Of a stretch of 64,000 nucleotides of DNA, positions 51,745 to 62,848 are shown piece after piece. The notes below the pieces were generated by a model. The model had not been told where the DNA came from. It saw only the letters and a list, made by a program, of their open reading frames with translations, and did not search any database. The DNA is taken from the IMG/VR virus record IMGVR_UViG_3300025009_000004, positions 1 to 64,000 of that record. One strand, 5' to 3'. Position 1 is the stretch's first letter. The number at the start of each line of letters is the position of its first letter. The position numbers and the translations under genes are program-made. Source of the stretch: a virus.

Positions 51745-54105
51745 ATGACTAATCCAGAGATTAAGGTAAAGCGAAGAGGAAGAACAAAAAAAGACAGTAC
51801 CCAGATTCAAATGATGGTTGAATCCAACACGAATGATATTTATGAAATATTTGATAAATCAGTAATTATAAAATCCCTAGTTAAAGGCTGTGATATAAAT
51901 GAAGTCGAAGCTTTAAAGATAGCGGATAATGTAGAGAAAACCCTTATTAAGTCAGAGCTTACTACCATTTCATCTTCTTATATTCGTCAGTTAATAAATG
52001 AAATATTGCGTAGTATGAATTATGAAAAATGGTTGAAATATAATAGCCTGTCGATAGCAGTAGAAGACATAAGGCAGCTTATCGAGGAACAAAATAAAGA
52101 AAACAGTAATACTAGTTTCGGAGCTGAATCGATAAATCTAACCGTTGCCGGCCAGATATTAAAACAATATGCGTTTAGAGAATGCATTGACCCAAAGGTA
52201 ACAGAGGCTCATTTACACGGGGATATCTACGTTCATGACGCCGATTTTTTCGCATTAAGGCCCTACTGCAGCGGCAATTCAATAGAATATATAAAGAAAT
52301 ATGGGTTGCGACTCCCCAATATGATTCATTCTAATCCAGCGCAGCATGCGTTGGTTCTGGTAAATCACTTTCAATGCTTTGCCAGTTATTTGCAAGGATT
52401 GTTCGCAGGCGCGATAGGCGCTGATGCAGTAAATGTTTTCTTCGCCCCATTCTTAGAAGGCATGGAATATAAAGAGATAAAACAAGTGGCACAGCATCTT
52501 ATTTTTAGTTTTGCACAATTAGCCGCTAATCGTGGCGCTCAGGTTGTATTCAGCGATTTTAATTTATTTTTTCATGTTCCTAAGCATTATGAGAATACTC
52601 CGGCTATTGGACTAGGCGGAAAATATACAGGAAAAAACTATAAAGAATATGAAAAAGAGGCCAGATTATTTTTAAAGGCCATATTTGAGGTGGCAATGGA
52701 AGGAGACGCGAATGGCGCAAACTTTCCATTCCCGAAGCTAGATGTTCATGTTGATGATCGATGTTTTAATGCCGATGATGGATTAGTTGACTTAATGTGT
52801 GAATTAAACTCTAAGCGAGGGTCTGCATATGTTATATATGATAGAGGAGACGAGGTAAAGATATCCGAGTGTTGCCGTATGCAATCCTCTTTAACCGATG
52901 AACAAGTAAGAGAGGCATCTTTACATCCAGAGGAAATGCGATTTAGCGCATGGGCCAATTGTAGCATTATATTGCCGCGAATCGCCTATAAATACAAAAA
53001 AATGGATGATATATATAAAGAAATTGACAGACTCATGGATTTAGCTATGGTCGCACATAAAAATAAATATGACCAGATATGCAAATTAATGGCCCTTGGA
53101 GAAAATGGGCCAATGGGATTTCTGGCGAAAGGCATGGACGGAAAACCATATTTAAAGATTGAGGATGCTAAATTTTTAATAGGTATGATCGGCCTTAACG
53201 AAATGGTTCAATGTTTATGTCAAGAGCAGCTTCATGAATCTGAAAGTGCATTGATTTTAGGGCTTAATATCATGGCATATTTATATCAGTCAATGGAACG
53301 GCATGCAAATAAATATAATCTAAAATGCGCAATTGAACAGACGCCAGGAGAAAGCCTCGCCATGCGATCTGCACTGGCTGACGTAAAACATTTCCCTGAG
53401 GCGATACAATATGTCAAAGGCGATATTAAAAGTGGGGACATATATTATACAAATAGTGTTCACCTTCCATATGACGCTAAAGTTGATATATTAACCCGAA
53501 TAGTTAAACAATCTAAGTTTGACCCGTTAATAAAAGCTGGTAGCATTACTCATATTTGGCATTCTGATATAGAACCTGACCCACAGTCGTTAAAGACTTT
53601 ATATAAATATACGTTAGAGAAAACAAATACTGTTCAAACGGCGGATAGCCCTGAGTTCACCATATGTCCTGATTGCCATAAGGCTACTAGAGGATTATTT
53701 GATAAATGTCCATCTTGCGGGTCAACGGCAGCGTATGGCATAGGGAGAATAACAGGATATTACAGCCCAATAAGGTCGTGGAGCAAAGGCAAATCAGCAG
53801 AGCTTAAAGATCGCACAAGGGTCAACTTTGATATGCCCGTTTATAATTCTAAATCAGATAACATTGAAAAGATATTGTTCTTCTCAACGCCTAATTGTTC
53901 CAAATGTGATGATTTAAAACATATACTCGCAGAGAAACAGATACAGTTAGAGGTCATTGATACTCAAACATCAGAGGGATTAGCTTTGGGGTGCTACTAT
54001 GACGTTGTTGAACTTCCATGCCTCGCTAAAGTAAAAGGCGATAAGGTTATATCAAAGATATCTGGCAAAGGTTCATATTTAAAATGGCTTAAAGAGAATA
54101 AATAA
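51745..54105 (+). CDS. nrdD: Anaerobic (class III) ribonucleotide reductase with ATP cone and fused C-terminal redoxin domain
   Basis: HLHGDIYVHD, PYC, FPFPK, SECCR, YYTNS, CPDC..CPSC, RITGYY; C-terminal FSTPNCSKC. Confidence 0.95.
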   Translation: MTNPEIKVKRRGRTKKDSTQIQMMVESNTNDIYEIFDKSVIIKSLVKGCDINEVEALKIADNVEKTLIKSELTTISSSYIRQLINEILRSMNYEKWLKYNSLSIAVEDIRQLIEEQNKENSNTSFGAESINLTVAGQILKQYAFRECIDPKVTEAHLHGDIYVHDADFFALRPYCSGNSIEYIKKYGLRLPNMIHSNPAQHALVLVNHFQCFASYLQGLFAGAIGADAVNVFFAPFLEGMEYKEIKQVAQHLIFSFAQLAANRGAQVVFSDFNLFFHVPKHYENTPAIGLGGKYTGKNYKEYEKEARLFLKAIFEVAMEGDANGANFPFPKLDVHVDDRCFNADDGLVDLMCELNSKRGSAYVIYDRGDEVKISECCRMQSSLTDEQVREASLHPEEMRFSAWANCSIILPRIAYKYKKMDDIYKEIDRLMDLAMVAHKNKYDQICKLMALGENGPMGFLAKGMDGKPYLKIEDAKFLIGMIGLNEMVQCLCQEQLHESESALILGLNIMAYLYQSMERHANKYNLKCAIEQTPGESLAMRSALADVKHFPEAIQYVKGDIKSGDIYYTNSVHLPYDAKVDILTRIVKQSKFDPLIKAGSITHIWHSDIEPDPQSLKTLYKYTLEKTNTVQTADSPEFTICPDCHKATRGLFDKCPSCGSTAAYGIGRITGYYSPIRSWSKGKSAELKDRTRVNFDMPVYNSKSDNIEKILFFSTPNCSKCDDLKHILAEKQIQLEVIDTQTSEGLALGCYYDVVELPCLAKVKGDKVISKISGKGSYLKWLKENK

Positions 54106-54621
54106 AGGAGTTTATTATGCCAGAAAATAACGATAATAATTATCAATTAATAATATCTAAAGACGATATGCCTCACTTTAAAAACATATTATTATCGAGT
54201 TTAAATTCATGTACTTATTTATCAAAACGAGGGAAGCGCATTGCTCAAAAAATATTAAAAGATGAATTTAATATTGACGTAAACATAAGTAGTACGGGTG
54301 GACATAGATAAACAGAGAGGGGCCTTGGCCCCTTTCTTTAAGGAGATATATATGAAAAATATGACAGCATTCGATGTTGATAAATTTGGGTCATTATGCT
54401 TTACCATACAATATCAGAGTGGCGGAAATCTTATTAATCAAGAACTATTAAATTTAAAGGATAATAAAAACGCAACGGTACAGGATTTATTAACGGCTAT
54501 GGGCATAAAGTTAAATGATAAAATAAATTGTCATATAATTGAGAATGTTCAAGAAGATATGCCTTTTTATTGTAACTTAAATGTTGTATGTGAATACGGG
54601 TCAGTTGAATAAGGAGATATA

Positions 54622-55233
54622 ATGGAATACAATCGTGATTTTAAACGCAATATAAAAGCATTTGGTTATCATAGGTCATCATTAGTCGATTATCCTGGAG
54701 AAGTGGCTGGCGTATTGTTTCTTAAGTATTGTAACCTGTCATGTGACTACTGCCATAATGCAAAGAATATGAACTTCCTTGAATCTAAAACTGAAGAGCA
54801 ATTTAATGATATTCTTAATGATATGATATGCAGTCCATCAACCGGATTGGTAATAACAGGGGGGGAACCCCTTTTGTATGGTCGGGACGCTTTGTTAATG
54901 CTTAAACACCTAAGGTCATGTACCAAAAAGAAAATTAAATTAGATACCAATGGAACAATGCCAGAAGTATTAAAGCCCATCATTAAAGACAAACTCGTTG
55001 ATATGATTGCCATGGATGTCAAGGGCCATTTCGATAACTATGAGAAGTTTGGCTATCATGGAGATAAATCATTGCTATATGAAAGCGCCTTTATGATAAG
55101 AACAAGTAATATACCGTATCAATTCAGAACAACAATGTGGTCTGGCCTTGACTCGAATGATTATGGATTTATACTTAAAAACTTCCCAGATATACGATGG
55201 CAGAAGGAAATAAAAGAATTATCTAATATTTAA
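54622..55233 (+). CDS. nrdG: Class III RNR activating radical SAM enzyme
   Basis: SLVDYPG, CNLSCDYCHN, TGGEP, LDTNG, AMDVK. Confidence 0.92.
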   Translation: MEYNRDFKRNIKAFGYHRSSLVDYPGEVAGVLFLKYCNLSCDYCHNAKNMNFLESKTEEQFNDILNDMICSPSTGLVITGGEPLLYGRDALLMLKHLRSCTKKKIKLDTNGTMPEVLKPIIKDKLVDMIAMDVKGHFDNYEKFGYHGDKSLLYESAFMIRTSNIPYQFRTTMWSGLDSNDYGFILKNFPDIRWQKEIKELSNI

Positions 55234-55241
55234 GAATGTTC

Positions 55242-55270
55242 TTGACATTCTATTTAAATTATGATATTAT
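55242..55270 (+). promoter_or_regulatory. sigma70/sigmaA-type promoter
   Basis: TTGACA-N17-TATTAT with TG extension. Confidence 0.75.
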
Positions 55271-55293
55271 AGTAAATATGGAGGAGATAATAT

Positions 55294-55947
55294 ATGGGAG
55301 AACTTCATCTAATAGTTATCAGAGGGCGCAATGGCGTTGGCAAAGATACATTTGCATGGCATATCATGGATATGTGTAAAAACTTTAACATCAGTACAAA
55401 GCTATGTCCTTTTGCCGATGCGGTTCGTAAAGAAGCAGCAGAGGTTTATAATCTTGATTATGATAAATTATGCACTGACTATGTTTATAAAGATTTAAAC
55501 AGGCATTTGTTAATCAAAATAGGCAATAAAAGAAGAGAAGAAGATAATTTATATTGGTTTAATAAGAATTGGGAAAACATACAGAAGTGGTATAAAGAGC
55601 AGACATCCGAATATAGCATAGGCATTATAAACGATTGCAGATATAATAACGAAATGTATGGCGCCGAACTATTACAGCGTGATGAGAAGATAGATAAAGC
55701 ATGGCCTGTTTATATATATGCTAACGATGTATCAATGCTTAAGCGCCTGGGTCACGATCTCAAACGATATGCTAACTGGAAATTACTTGAGAATGATGTA
55801 TCAGAGAGAGATGTAAGAATTGACAATTATCCATACTATATGATTGTAGATAACTCAAACGATAAATCATTTCTTTATATGGATGCAGCCAAGATAATAA
55901 GTCAGATAACTAATATAGGAATGGTTGAACTGATTAACAAGATATAG
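55294..55947 (+). CDS. dNMP kinase-like P-loop kinase
   Basis: GRNGVGKD, FADAVR, INDCRY.NE. Confidence 0.75.
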   Translation: MGELHLIVIRGRNGVGKDTFAWHIMDMCKNFNISTKLCPFADAVRKEAAEVYNLDYDKLCTDYVYKDLNRHLLIKIGNKRREEDNLYWFNKNWENIQKWYKEQTSEYSIGIINDCRYNNEMYGAELLQRDEKIDKAWPVYIYANDVSMLKRLGHDLKRYANWKLLENDVSERDVRIDNYPYYMIVDNSNDKSFLYMDAAKIISQITNIGMVELINKI

Positions 55948-55968
55948 GGATTTGTAAGGAGCGAATAA

Positions 55969-58089
55969 ATGGTTAAAAGAGCGAAGAAAGAGAATATAAC
56001 ATGGGAACCAATCGAAGGGTTAGAGCATAGCGAATCAGTCATGTATTCAAAAACAGAAGATACGGTAACAGAAGGAGATCGCATACCTACATCATCGTTT
56101 AAATATATGAAGTTTAATTATGAATCTTTTAATCCGATGCAGAGCAAAGTAATTCCGCACATAGACAGCGGGGCGAACATATTGGTGTCAAGCCCCACAG
56201 CAAGCGGCAAAACAGTGGTTATCGAAGCATGCGCTGCTTATGCAATATCCAAAGGCAAGAAAGCGATATATATATCTCCACAGAAGTCATTGTCAAACGA
56301 AAAGTTAAGTGAATGGGAAGATTTAGAGCATGATTTCGCTCAGTATAAAATAGGAATACTTACTGGCGATTTCACTAAAACATCGGCAACTATGGCTAAC
56401 TTAAATAACTGCGATTTAATAATACTTACAAATGAAATGTTAAATAGTGTAGCTAGAGTAGCAAGGCCAGATAAAGAAGAATATAGCTGGCTATTCTCTG
56501 TGGGAGCGGTTATCATCGACGAAATTCATTTAGTCGGGGATAGAAATCGAGGGGATAAACTCGAAGTGGCACTTATGTTATGTGCAGAGTTATGCCCAGA
56601 ATCAAGAATCTATATGTTCAGCGCAACCGCCCCTAATATTGAAGATTTACAGAAATGGGTTCAAAAGATTACAAACAGAGAAACATTAATGTTTAAAAGT
56701 AATTATCGCCCATGCACTGTTACTAGGCATTATATAAAAGTGTCTCCAACCACATCAGAAAAACAAGCCAAAGTGGAGTTAACAAAGCATTTAGTAAATC
56801 ACAAGCCTGATGAAATATTCTTGACATTTATTGGAGCAAAGAAATACGGCGCACATGTTATGAACGAATGCATCGAAAGCGGTATTGATACTAAATTTTT
56901 TAAGGCCGATCTGTCTATACAAGAAAGAAACGAACTATACCGAGCCTTTTGTAATAAAGAATTTCGCCATATGGTCGCTAGCACGGCGATTTCAGCCGGA
57001 ATAAATTTGCCCGCCCGCAACGTGATCGTATCTGATATGAATCATGGCGCACAGCAGATTGTGTCTACAACAAACTTAATTCAAGAGATTGGTCGCGCTG
57101 GTCGCCCCAAATATGATAAAGTTGGCGATGCTTATATATTTATTAAAGATGGGAAGAACTTTAAACGCGACTTTGAAAGAGTTCAAAAAGGCGAATCGGT
57201 TATATCACAGCTACAAGATGCCGATACATTAGCGTTTCATGTTCTCGCAGAAGTATATAATAAAAAAATAAAAAATCCAGAAGATTTAATAAAGTGGTAT
57301 GAAAAAACATTAGCATGCTATCAGACACGCGCTATGGAGTTTTATGAAGCGAAAGAGGTATTTAATCGTCTATTAAAGTGCGGCTGTATTATTCTTGATG
57401 TTGATGGAGAAAATTACACGATAACTCAAACTGGCATAATCGGAGTGTGCTTCTATCTTCTCCCAGAGGACTTGTTAGCATGGAAGAAAAACTTTGATAT
57501 ATTCTATAAAGTTAAAGGAGAAAATAGCCTAACATTACATCAGCAGGATTTATTGTTCGCCCAGGCTTTATCACACATCCCCACATGGGAAGTTAAACAG
57601 AAAGCATGGATATCGCAGGAAGAAATATCAATGGCATATGAGTTCTTCAATGTTCCTCTTAAAAAAGGTAGCGATAAAATAGCGTTAGGATATTATCTCA
57701 TACTTAATAGCGATGCATATCAATCAGCAATAGCGCAGGAGTCTAAAGTTAAATTCTTCCATAACACAATTGAACAGATTAAAATGGATAGCGAAAGAAT
57801 AATCAGCGCACTATCTTTACTTGATGTTAGAACCAAAAAATGGCAGCAGGGCGATTTCTGGTCAATGATGGCAACTCGCTTAAAATATGGAGTTCCGCCT
57901 GAAAGATTAGAATTATGTAAGGTAGAAGGCATTGGTGGTGCAAGGTCCAAAATGTTATGGGATAATGGCATTCGTAGCATCAACGATCTAATTAAGAATC
58001 AGCATAAAGTAAAAGAGATAGTTGGAGATAAAGTAGCAGATAAAATAATACCAAGCGCAATGACGTTAGGACAGGAAAGTTGGTGGTAG
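55969..58089 (+). CDS. Ski2/Hel308-like SF2 helicase
   Basis: FNPMQ, PTASGKT, DEIH, SAT, GINLPA, GRAGRP, C-terminal HhH. Confidence 0.92.
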   Translation: MVKRAKKENITWEPIEGLEHSESVMYSKTEDTVTEGDRIPTSSFKYMKFNYESFNPMQSKVIPHIDSGANILVSSPTASGKTVVIEACAAYAISKGKKAIYISPQKSLSNEKLSEWEDLEHDFAQYKIGILTGDFTKTSATMANLNNCDLIILTNEMLNSVARVARPDKEEYSWLFSVGAVIIDEIHLVGDRNRGDKLEVALMLCAELCPESRIYMFSATAPNIEDLQKWVQKITNRETLMFKSNYRPCTVTRHYIKVSPTTSEKQAKVELTKHLVNHKPDEIFLTFIGAKKYGAHVMNECIESGIDTKFFKADLSIQERNELYRAFCNKEFRHMVASTAISAGINLPARNVIVSDMNHGAQQIVSTTNLIQEIGRAGRPKYDKVGDAYIFIKDGKNFKRDFERVQKGESVISQLQDADTLAFHVLAEVYNKKIKNPEDLIKWYEKTLACYQTRAMEFYEAKEVFNRLLKCGCIILDVDGENYTITQTGIIGVCFYLLPEDLLAWKKNFDIFYKVKGENSLTLHQQDLLFAQALSHIPTWEVKQKAWISQEEISMAYEFFNVPLKKGSDKIALGYYLILNSDAYQSAIAQESKVKFFHNTIEQIKMDSERIISALSLLDVRTKKWQQGDFWSMMATRLKYGVPPERLELCKVEGIGGARSKMLWDNGIRSINDLIKNQHKVKEIVGDKVADKIIPSAMTLGQESWW

Positions 58090-59169
58090 CATGTATATTT
58101 TAATGAATGCCAAATGTGAACATTGTGATGGAAATATCGGGATAGTAGTTTATTGGGATGCAAAAAGAAAAGAAGAAGTTATAGATCATGGTCGCTGTAT
58201 TAATTGTTTAAGAAATATTGTTCTTCCATGTGAACCCTTTAGAGATTTTAAAAAATATTGTGTTAATATTGAATCAATAAATTAGGAATGGTGTAGTATG
58301 AACAATAACAATATAACATGCTCAAATTTTTTCTGTCAATTTCAATATAACGCTAACATGTGCAGGGCGGGAATAACGTCTAATATATCAATGGATAAAA
58401 CTGGCAAATTAACATGTAGTAACTTTAGGCATATACGCAAACAATATGGATGTCAACTTGATTCATGTTTATATTTAAAAGATGGCCTATGCACAAAAGA
58501 TTATAAGTGCCAGCATTTAAAGGAGTTATCATGATTAAATTTTGGGAAGTTGAATATGTAGCAGAGTTTAACGCACCTGGATATGAAGACTTAAATAATA
58601 AACCAGTTAAAAGAGCATATTTAATCGAGGCAAACGTAAATAAAGCAGTAGAGGACTGCAAGGTGTGGCTTAACAAGTTGAAAGAGAAGGGTATAGTAGG
58701 AAATATAATAAGAGACCCGTATTCATATGAAGTCTGGTCATATGATAAGGAGATATTTCTATGAAAATACACTGGAAGTTAATAAACCAATATATAGAAA
58801 AAGCAGAGTGTGGATGCGACTGTAGTAGATATAATTGCGATGACAATGGCTGTCTTACTTATGTTAGTTGCGGTCCAAAAAATAGATGCCCTCGTCCTTG
58901 TAAACACTGTTTATATTGGACTGGATATGGCCTTGATTATGAAGATTCATTAGAAGAAAGTGGAGTGATTTTATGAAACTTTCGTTTAAAGTTGGAGATA
59001 AGGTTCGGTTAATAACATCTACGGATAAAGATGAAGGCGTTATAACAAAGGTCGACAAAAAGATGTATAAAAACCTTAACAAAACAATATATACCGTTGA
59101 AAATGATAAGTTTATAGCTGAGTATATTTCAGATGAGGATATGCAGCTTATCGAAAAACGAGGCGCTAA

Positions 59170-60921
59170 ATGATTTTAATAATCGGTGGTTATATCGCTC
59201 ATACTCCTCATAAATACTCTCATCTAATCGACATTGAGGACAAGAAATTAACAGAAGCAATAATAAATAAATATCCTAAAGAGGTCATTCACATTGTATC
59301 TTCGCCTGGATGCTTCAATGATACTTTTAAAGAGAAAGGCGCTCAATATAAATTGGTGTCAGAAGACCAAGATGTAGTACAAAATTGGGTTAAGTCTAAT
59401 TACGGCAAATATGCCACAATTATAGCATTATCCGATGGCTGCATCCCCCCTTCATTGGCCGGATTAAGTCTGAAGAAATTCGTTATGTTTAATACAGATA
59501 TTTTATCTAACGAAGGGGAGTCTGATTGGACATATAAAAATATAATAGCTGCTAACGCTGATTCAATTGATATATTCTATGCTCGTATGTCTATATTTAG
59601 ATTTATACAGGATTCAGAGCAATTCTATGTAACTGATAATCATTTTAGCACTCATTCAATATATGGCATTGAAAACGTCATTGATTATATATCTAAAATA
59701 ACAGCAGCAATCGAATGCGAGGTCGAATTATATCAGCCCAAAAAGTTCCCAGAAGATGAATTGGTTGATATTTATAATTCATATCAAAGTGTCATAAATA
59801 ATTTCAATCTTAATATGTCGCTATTGGTTTATGACCGTAGTAAATTGGCATACATGATGTCAGAAATGAAAGATAATAAAACATTTGCTATGATCTATGA
59901 AGGATATATCGGCACTGAAACAGGCAGAACTAAATCGGCCTATGATATTTCAATGGATTTCTTTAAAATGGCAGTGGCGCTTAAATCAATCTATGGCAAG
60001 ATGAGTTGCTGTGTTCATTGGAATGCTTCATACAACTACATTCTAACACGCTATACTGTGTCGCCTTGCCCTTTCGGATATCTACCGAATAAAGAACTAT
60101 GGAGCGACCAGATACGCAAAGTTGAGCCTATAAAGAATGGCATTGTTGATAGCAATTGGGGTCTTATCTATGAAGAGGGCCATGGTTATTATTTAATAGC
60201 AACATCACCAGAAACATTAAGATATGCTATTAAAGAAATGGCAATGATGAACGCTCCGCTTGGTGATAACGAATATGTTTTGAATAGCACTCAAAATAAG
60301 TTAAATCTTAACTATGATTTAAGTCTGCAAGTATATGATAAGTTGGTTAGGCCGATTGTATCAGAGTATCAAAACGCAAATATATTAGCCATGAATAACA
60401 TCGATGATAATGTTGGCGCTTTAACAGGATTAAGCCGGCATCAATTATTCTTTAGCAATCCATTCGGGAAGATGAAGGCTGCATTTAACGGTCCGATGCA
60501 TCCGCTGATGAAATACGATATTATCTTATTTTATGGCTCTTATGAATATCAACAGTTAAGTTTTTCTGAACAGTTACTCAAATGGAAGAAAATGAAATCA
60601 ATGCTTACAAAAGGCGGGCGCATACTTGTAGTTGGAACATATCAGAAGAAGCATGACAATGAAGCAAGCGATGAAGTTTATATTGACAGATTTAAGGGCA
60701 AAGTAGTATCATACAGATTCTCACCGGCAAGCGTAGCAGAGAACAAAAGGACAATAGCAATTAATTCATCTGATATGGCTTTAACTTTACCATATAGTCC
60801 CTTGGAAAATGATTTACTTAACTTACTCGATAGTGAGTTTGTAATAACAAAAGAAAAATATAAAACGTATGACATTTATTGCTATTGCTTTAAGCCCAGA
60901 ACGAAGGAGAGCGCGGAATGA
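59170..60921 (+). CDS. Large hypothetical protein with methyltransferase-like C-terminus
   Basis: 583 aa; KYDIILF...MLTKGGRILV resembles class I MTase motifs. Confidence 0.45.
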   Translation: MILIIGGYIAHTPHKYSHLIDIEDKKLTEAIINKYPKEVIHIVSSPGCFNDTFKEKGAQYKLVSEDQDVVQNWVKSNYGKYATIIALSDGCIPPSLAGLSLKKFVMFNTDILSNEGESDWTYKNIIAANADSIDIFYARMSIFRFIQDSEQFYVTDNHFSTHSIYGIENVIDYISKITAAIECEVELYQPKKFPEDELVDIYNSYQSVINNFNLNMSLLVYDRSKLAYMMSEMKDNKTFAMIYEGYIGTETGRTKSAYDISMDFFKMAVALKSIYGKMSCCVHWNASYNYILTRYTVSPCPFGYLPNKELWSDQIRKVEPIKNGIVDSNWGLIYEEGHGYYLIATSPETLRYAIKEMAMMNAPLGDNEYVLNSTQNKLNLNYDLSLQVYDKLVRPIVSEYQNANILAMNNIDDNVGALTGLSRHQLFFSNPFGKMKAAFNGPMHPLMKYDIILFYGSYEYQQLSFSEQLLKWKKMKSMLTKGGRILVVGTYQKKHDNEASDEVYIDRFKGKVVSYRFSPASVAENKRTIAINSSDMALTLPYSPLENDLLNLLDSEFVITKEKYKTYDIYCYCFKPRTKESAE

Positions 60922-61204
60922 TGGAGTTCATAATCGTAATAGTATTGATATTAGCGACCTTGCATTTTCTTCATGATGTGATTTATAATAAGCCTATCAT
61001 CAATAATGAAATAAATATTGTTGAGCTTAAAAAATGGATGAACGCACAGGAAGATATAAATAAAGATATGTCGCAAATCATTAAACTAACTGATGTATAC
61101 TTTGACCAAATAAAAGAAAAGCATAATGGCTTAAGTGTTTATACAAGAAAAAGTATGGCCATCTTATTATATGAGTTCGAAAAACTTTATAAGGAGCAAT
61201 ACAG

Positions 61205-62260
61205 ATGCAAAACGCAAAAAATGAGGCAATTCGCTTCTATAAGAAACAACTTCAAGAAAACCAGATCGCGCAACAGTATCTCCTTAATAGGGGTCTCAGT
61301 AGGGAAATAATAGACTTTTTCGATATAGGTTATGCCCCCAAATCTGGAGGGCTCAAGCAACACCTTATATCTCAAGGTGTATCAGAAGAAACTATGTTCG
61401 GCGCCGGCTTATTACGCAAAGCATATGACAATGAATGGGAAGACCAAGATTTCTTTAAGAATAGAATCGTCTTTCCAACCAAGTCTGGTCCGAACGTAGT
61501 ATTCATTTCTGGGCGAGATTTAGGCAATAAGTCTTCAAGAAAGTATCTTAACGTACCTGGGCCTAATGATGCCCTTATAAACGAGGATATACTGTATAAG
61601 AAAATACCCTATGTTATCCTTACCGAAGGGTTCATCGATTGCTATACGCTTATACAGAATAAATTCCCTGCTATTGGCTTGGCCGGCTGCAATCGCAAGA
61701 AGAAATCATTAATGGACAAATTACTTAAAATCAAAAGGGTTTATATCATGTTTGATGTTGACCCTAATGGCGCTGGACTTAAGGGCGCTATGAATACAGC
61801 CTATCAGTTATGCAGAAAAGGGCACATGGATGTTCGCATAGCTAGTCTTCCAAACAATGGAATTGATAAAACAGATATCAATCAACTATATCTTGAAATG
61901 AAGACTGGATTTAAAGATATTATCGCAAACATACTAACACAAAGCACAAGGTCGTTTCATGAAACAGAAGATTATAATAAAATGGAAGCTGATGAACAGT
62001 TTAAACCGATCACATATAACGATATGAACGCACAGGACTCAATAGCAATATATGAAAAGTATTTAGATTTACAAGTAATAAGTGGCAAATATTTAAGGTG
62101 CTGCTGCCCATTTCATGGAGAAACACAACCATCATTTACCGTCTATATATCATCTGGTTTAGGAAGATGTTTTGGCTGCGGTCTTGAATTTGAAAATGGC
62201 AAAGACTTTGAAGAGGCACTAATGGCGAAAAGAATGTTAGAGAAGGTGCAGTACGCATGA
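61205..62260 (+). CDS. dnaG: DnaG-type primase with C-terminal CHC2 zinc finger
   Basis: YLLNRG, FKNRIVFP, GR, KYLN, TEGFID, FDVD; C-terminal CPFHGE..PSF...CFGC. Confidence 0.9.
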   Translation: MQNAKNEAIRFYKKQLQENQIAQQYLLNRGLSREIIDFFDIGYAPKSGGLKQHLISQGVSEETMFGAGLLRKAYDNEWEDQDFFKNRIVFPTKSGPNVVFISGRDLGNKSSRKYLNVPGPNDALINEDILYKKIPYVILTEGFIDCYTLIQNKFPAIGLAGCNRKKKSLMDKLLKIKRVYIMFDVDPNGAGLKGAMNTAYQLCRKGHMDVRIASLPNNGIDKTDINQLYLEMKTGFKDIIANILTQSTRSFHETEDYNKMEADEQFKPITYNDMNAQDSIAIYEKYLDLQVISGKYLRCCCPFHGETQPSFTVYISSGLGRCFGCGLEFENGKDFEEALMAKRMLEKVQYA

Positions 62261-62848
62261 CATCAGATCATATCTTGCAGTTGTTTCAAGCGATTAACAA
62301 AGAGCTTCCACATTGTTTGGCATGTGGGGGAAGCCTAAGTTACAAAAACAAAGAGATATATCGTATGGTTGACAATGGACATTTCAAACGAAATATTTGC
62401 TTTGATAAGATAACTATATCTTGCGAGTGCGGATGGATATCAGAAGTCGCGATGCCTGATAAGCTGTTCTATGACCCAAATATTTTTGCTAAAGATGGAG
62501 TAATTAAATATAACGATGTGATTAACAATATGGATGAAAGCGCTTATATAGTTTTCTTTGCGCCACGCTGTAAATCACATCCTATGGAATGGGCGCTTAA
62601 TCATAGACTAATTGAACAGATAACACAGGCATTGATAAACAATGGAGTTAAAGGAGAATTGGAATGCGAATCATCAAACAAACTAACGACCTCATCGAAA
62701 TGTTTGGAAGAACCATTGACGGAACCGAAGAGACAATTAAAATGAGAAGATTTCAGCCAACACAGAGTTGGATAATTATTAGAAATAATGATATAGAAAA
62801 TCATTTTGAATACAGGAATGATGCAATTGAATGGTTAGACTATAATAT

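Noticed and set aside
42698-54105. Inteins or introns in dnaE or nrdD
   Set aside because: Lengths are near normal, frames are continuous, and no intein splice motifs or embedded endonuclease were seen.
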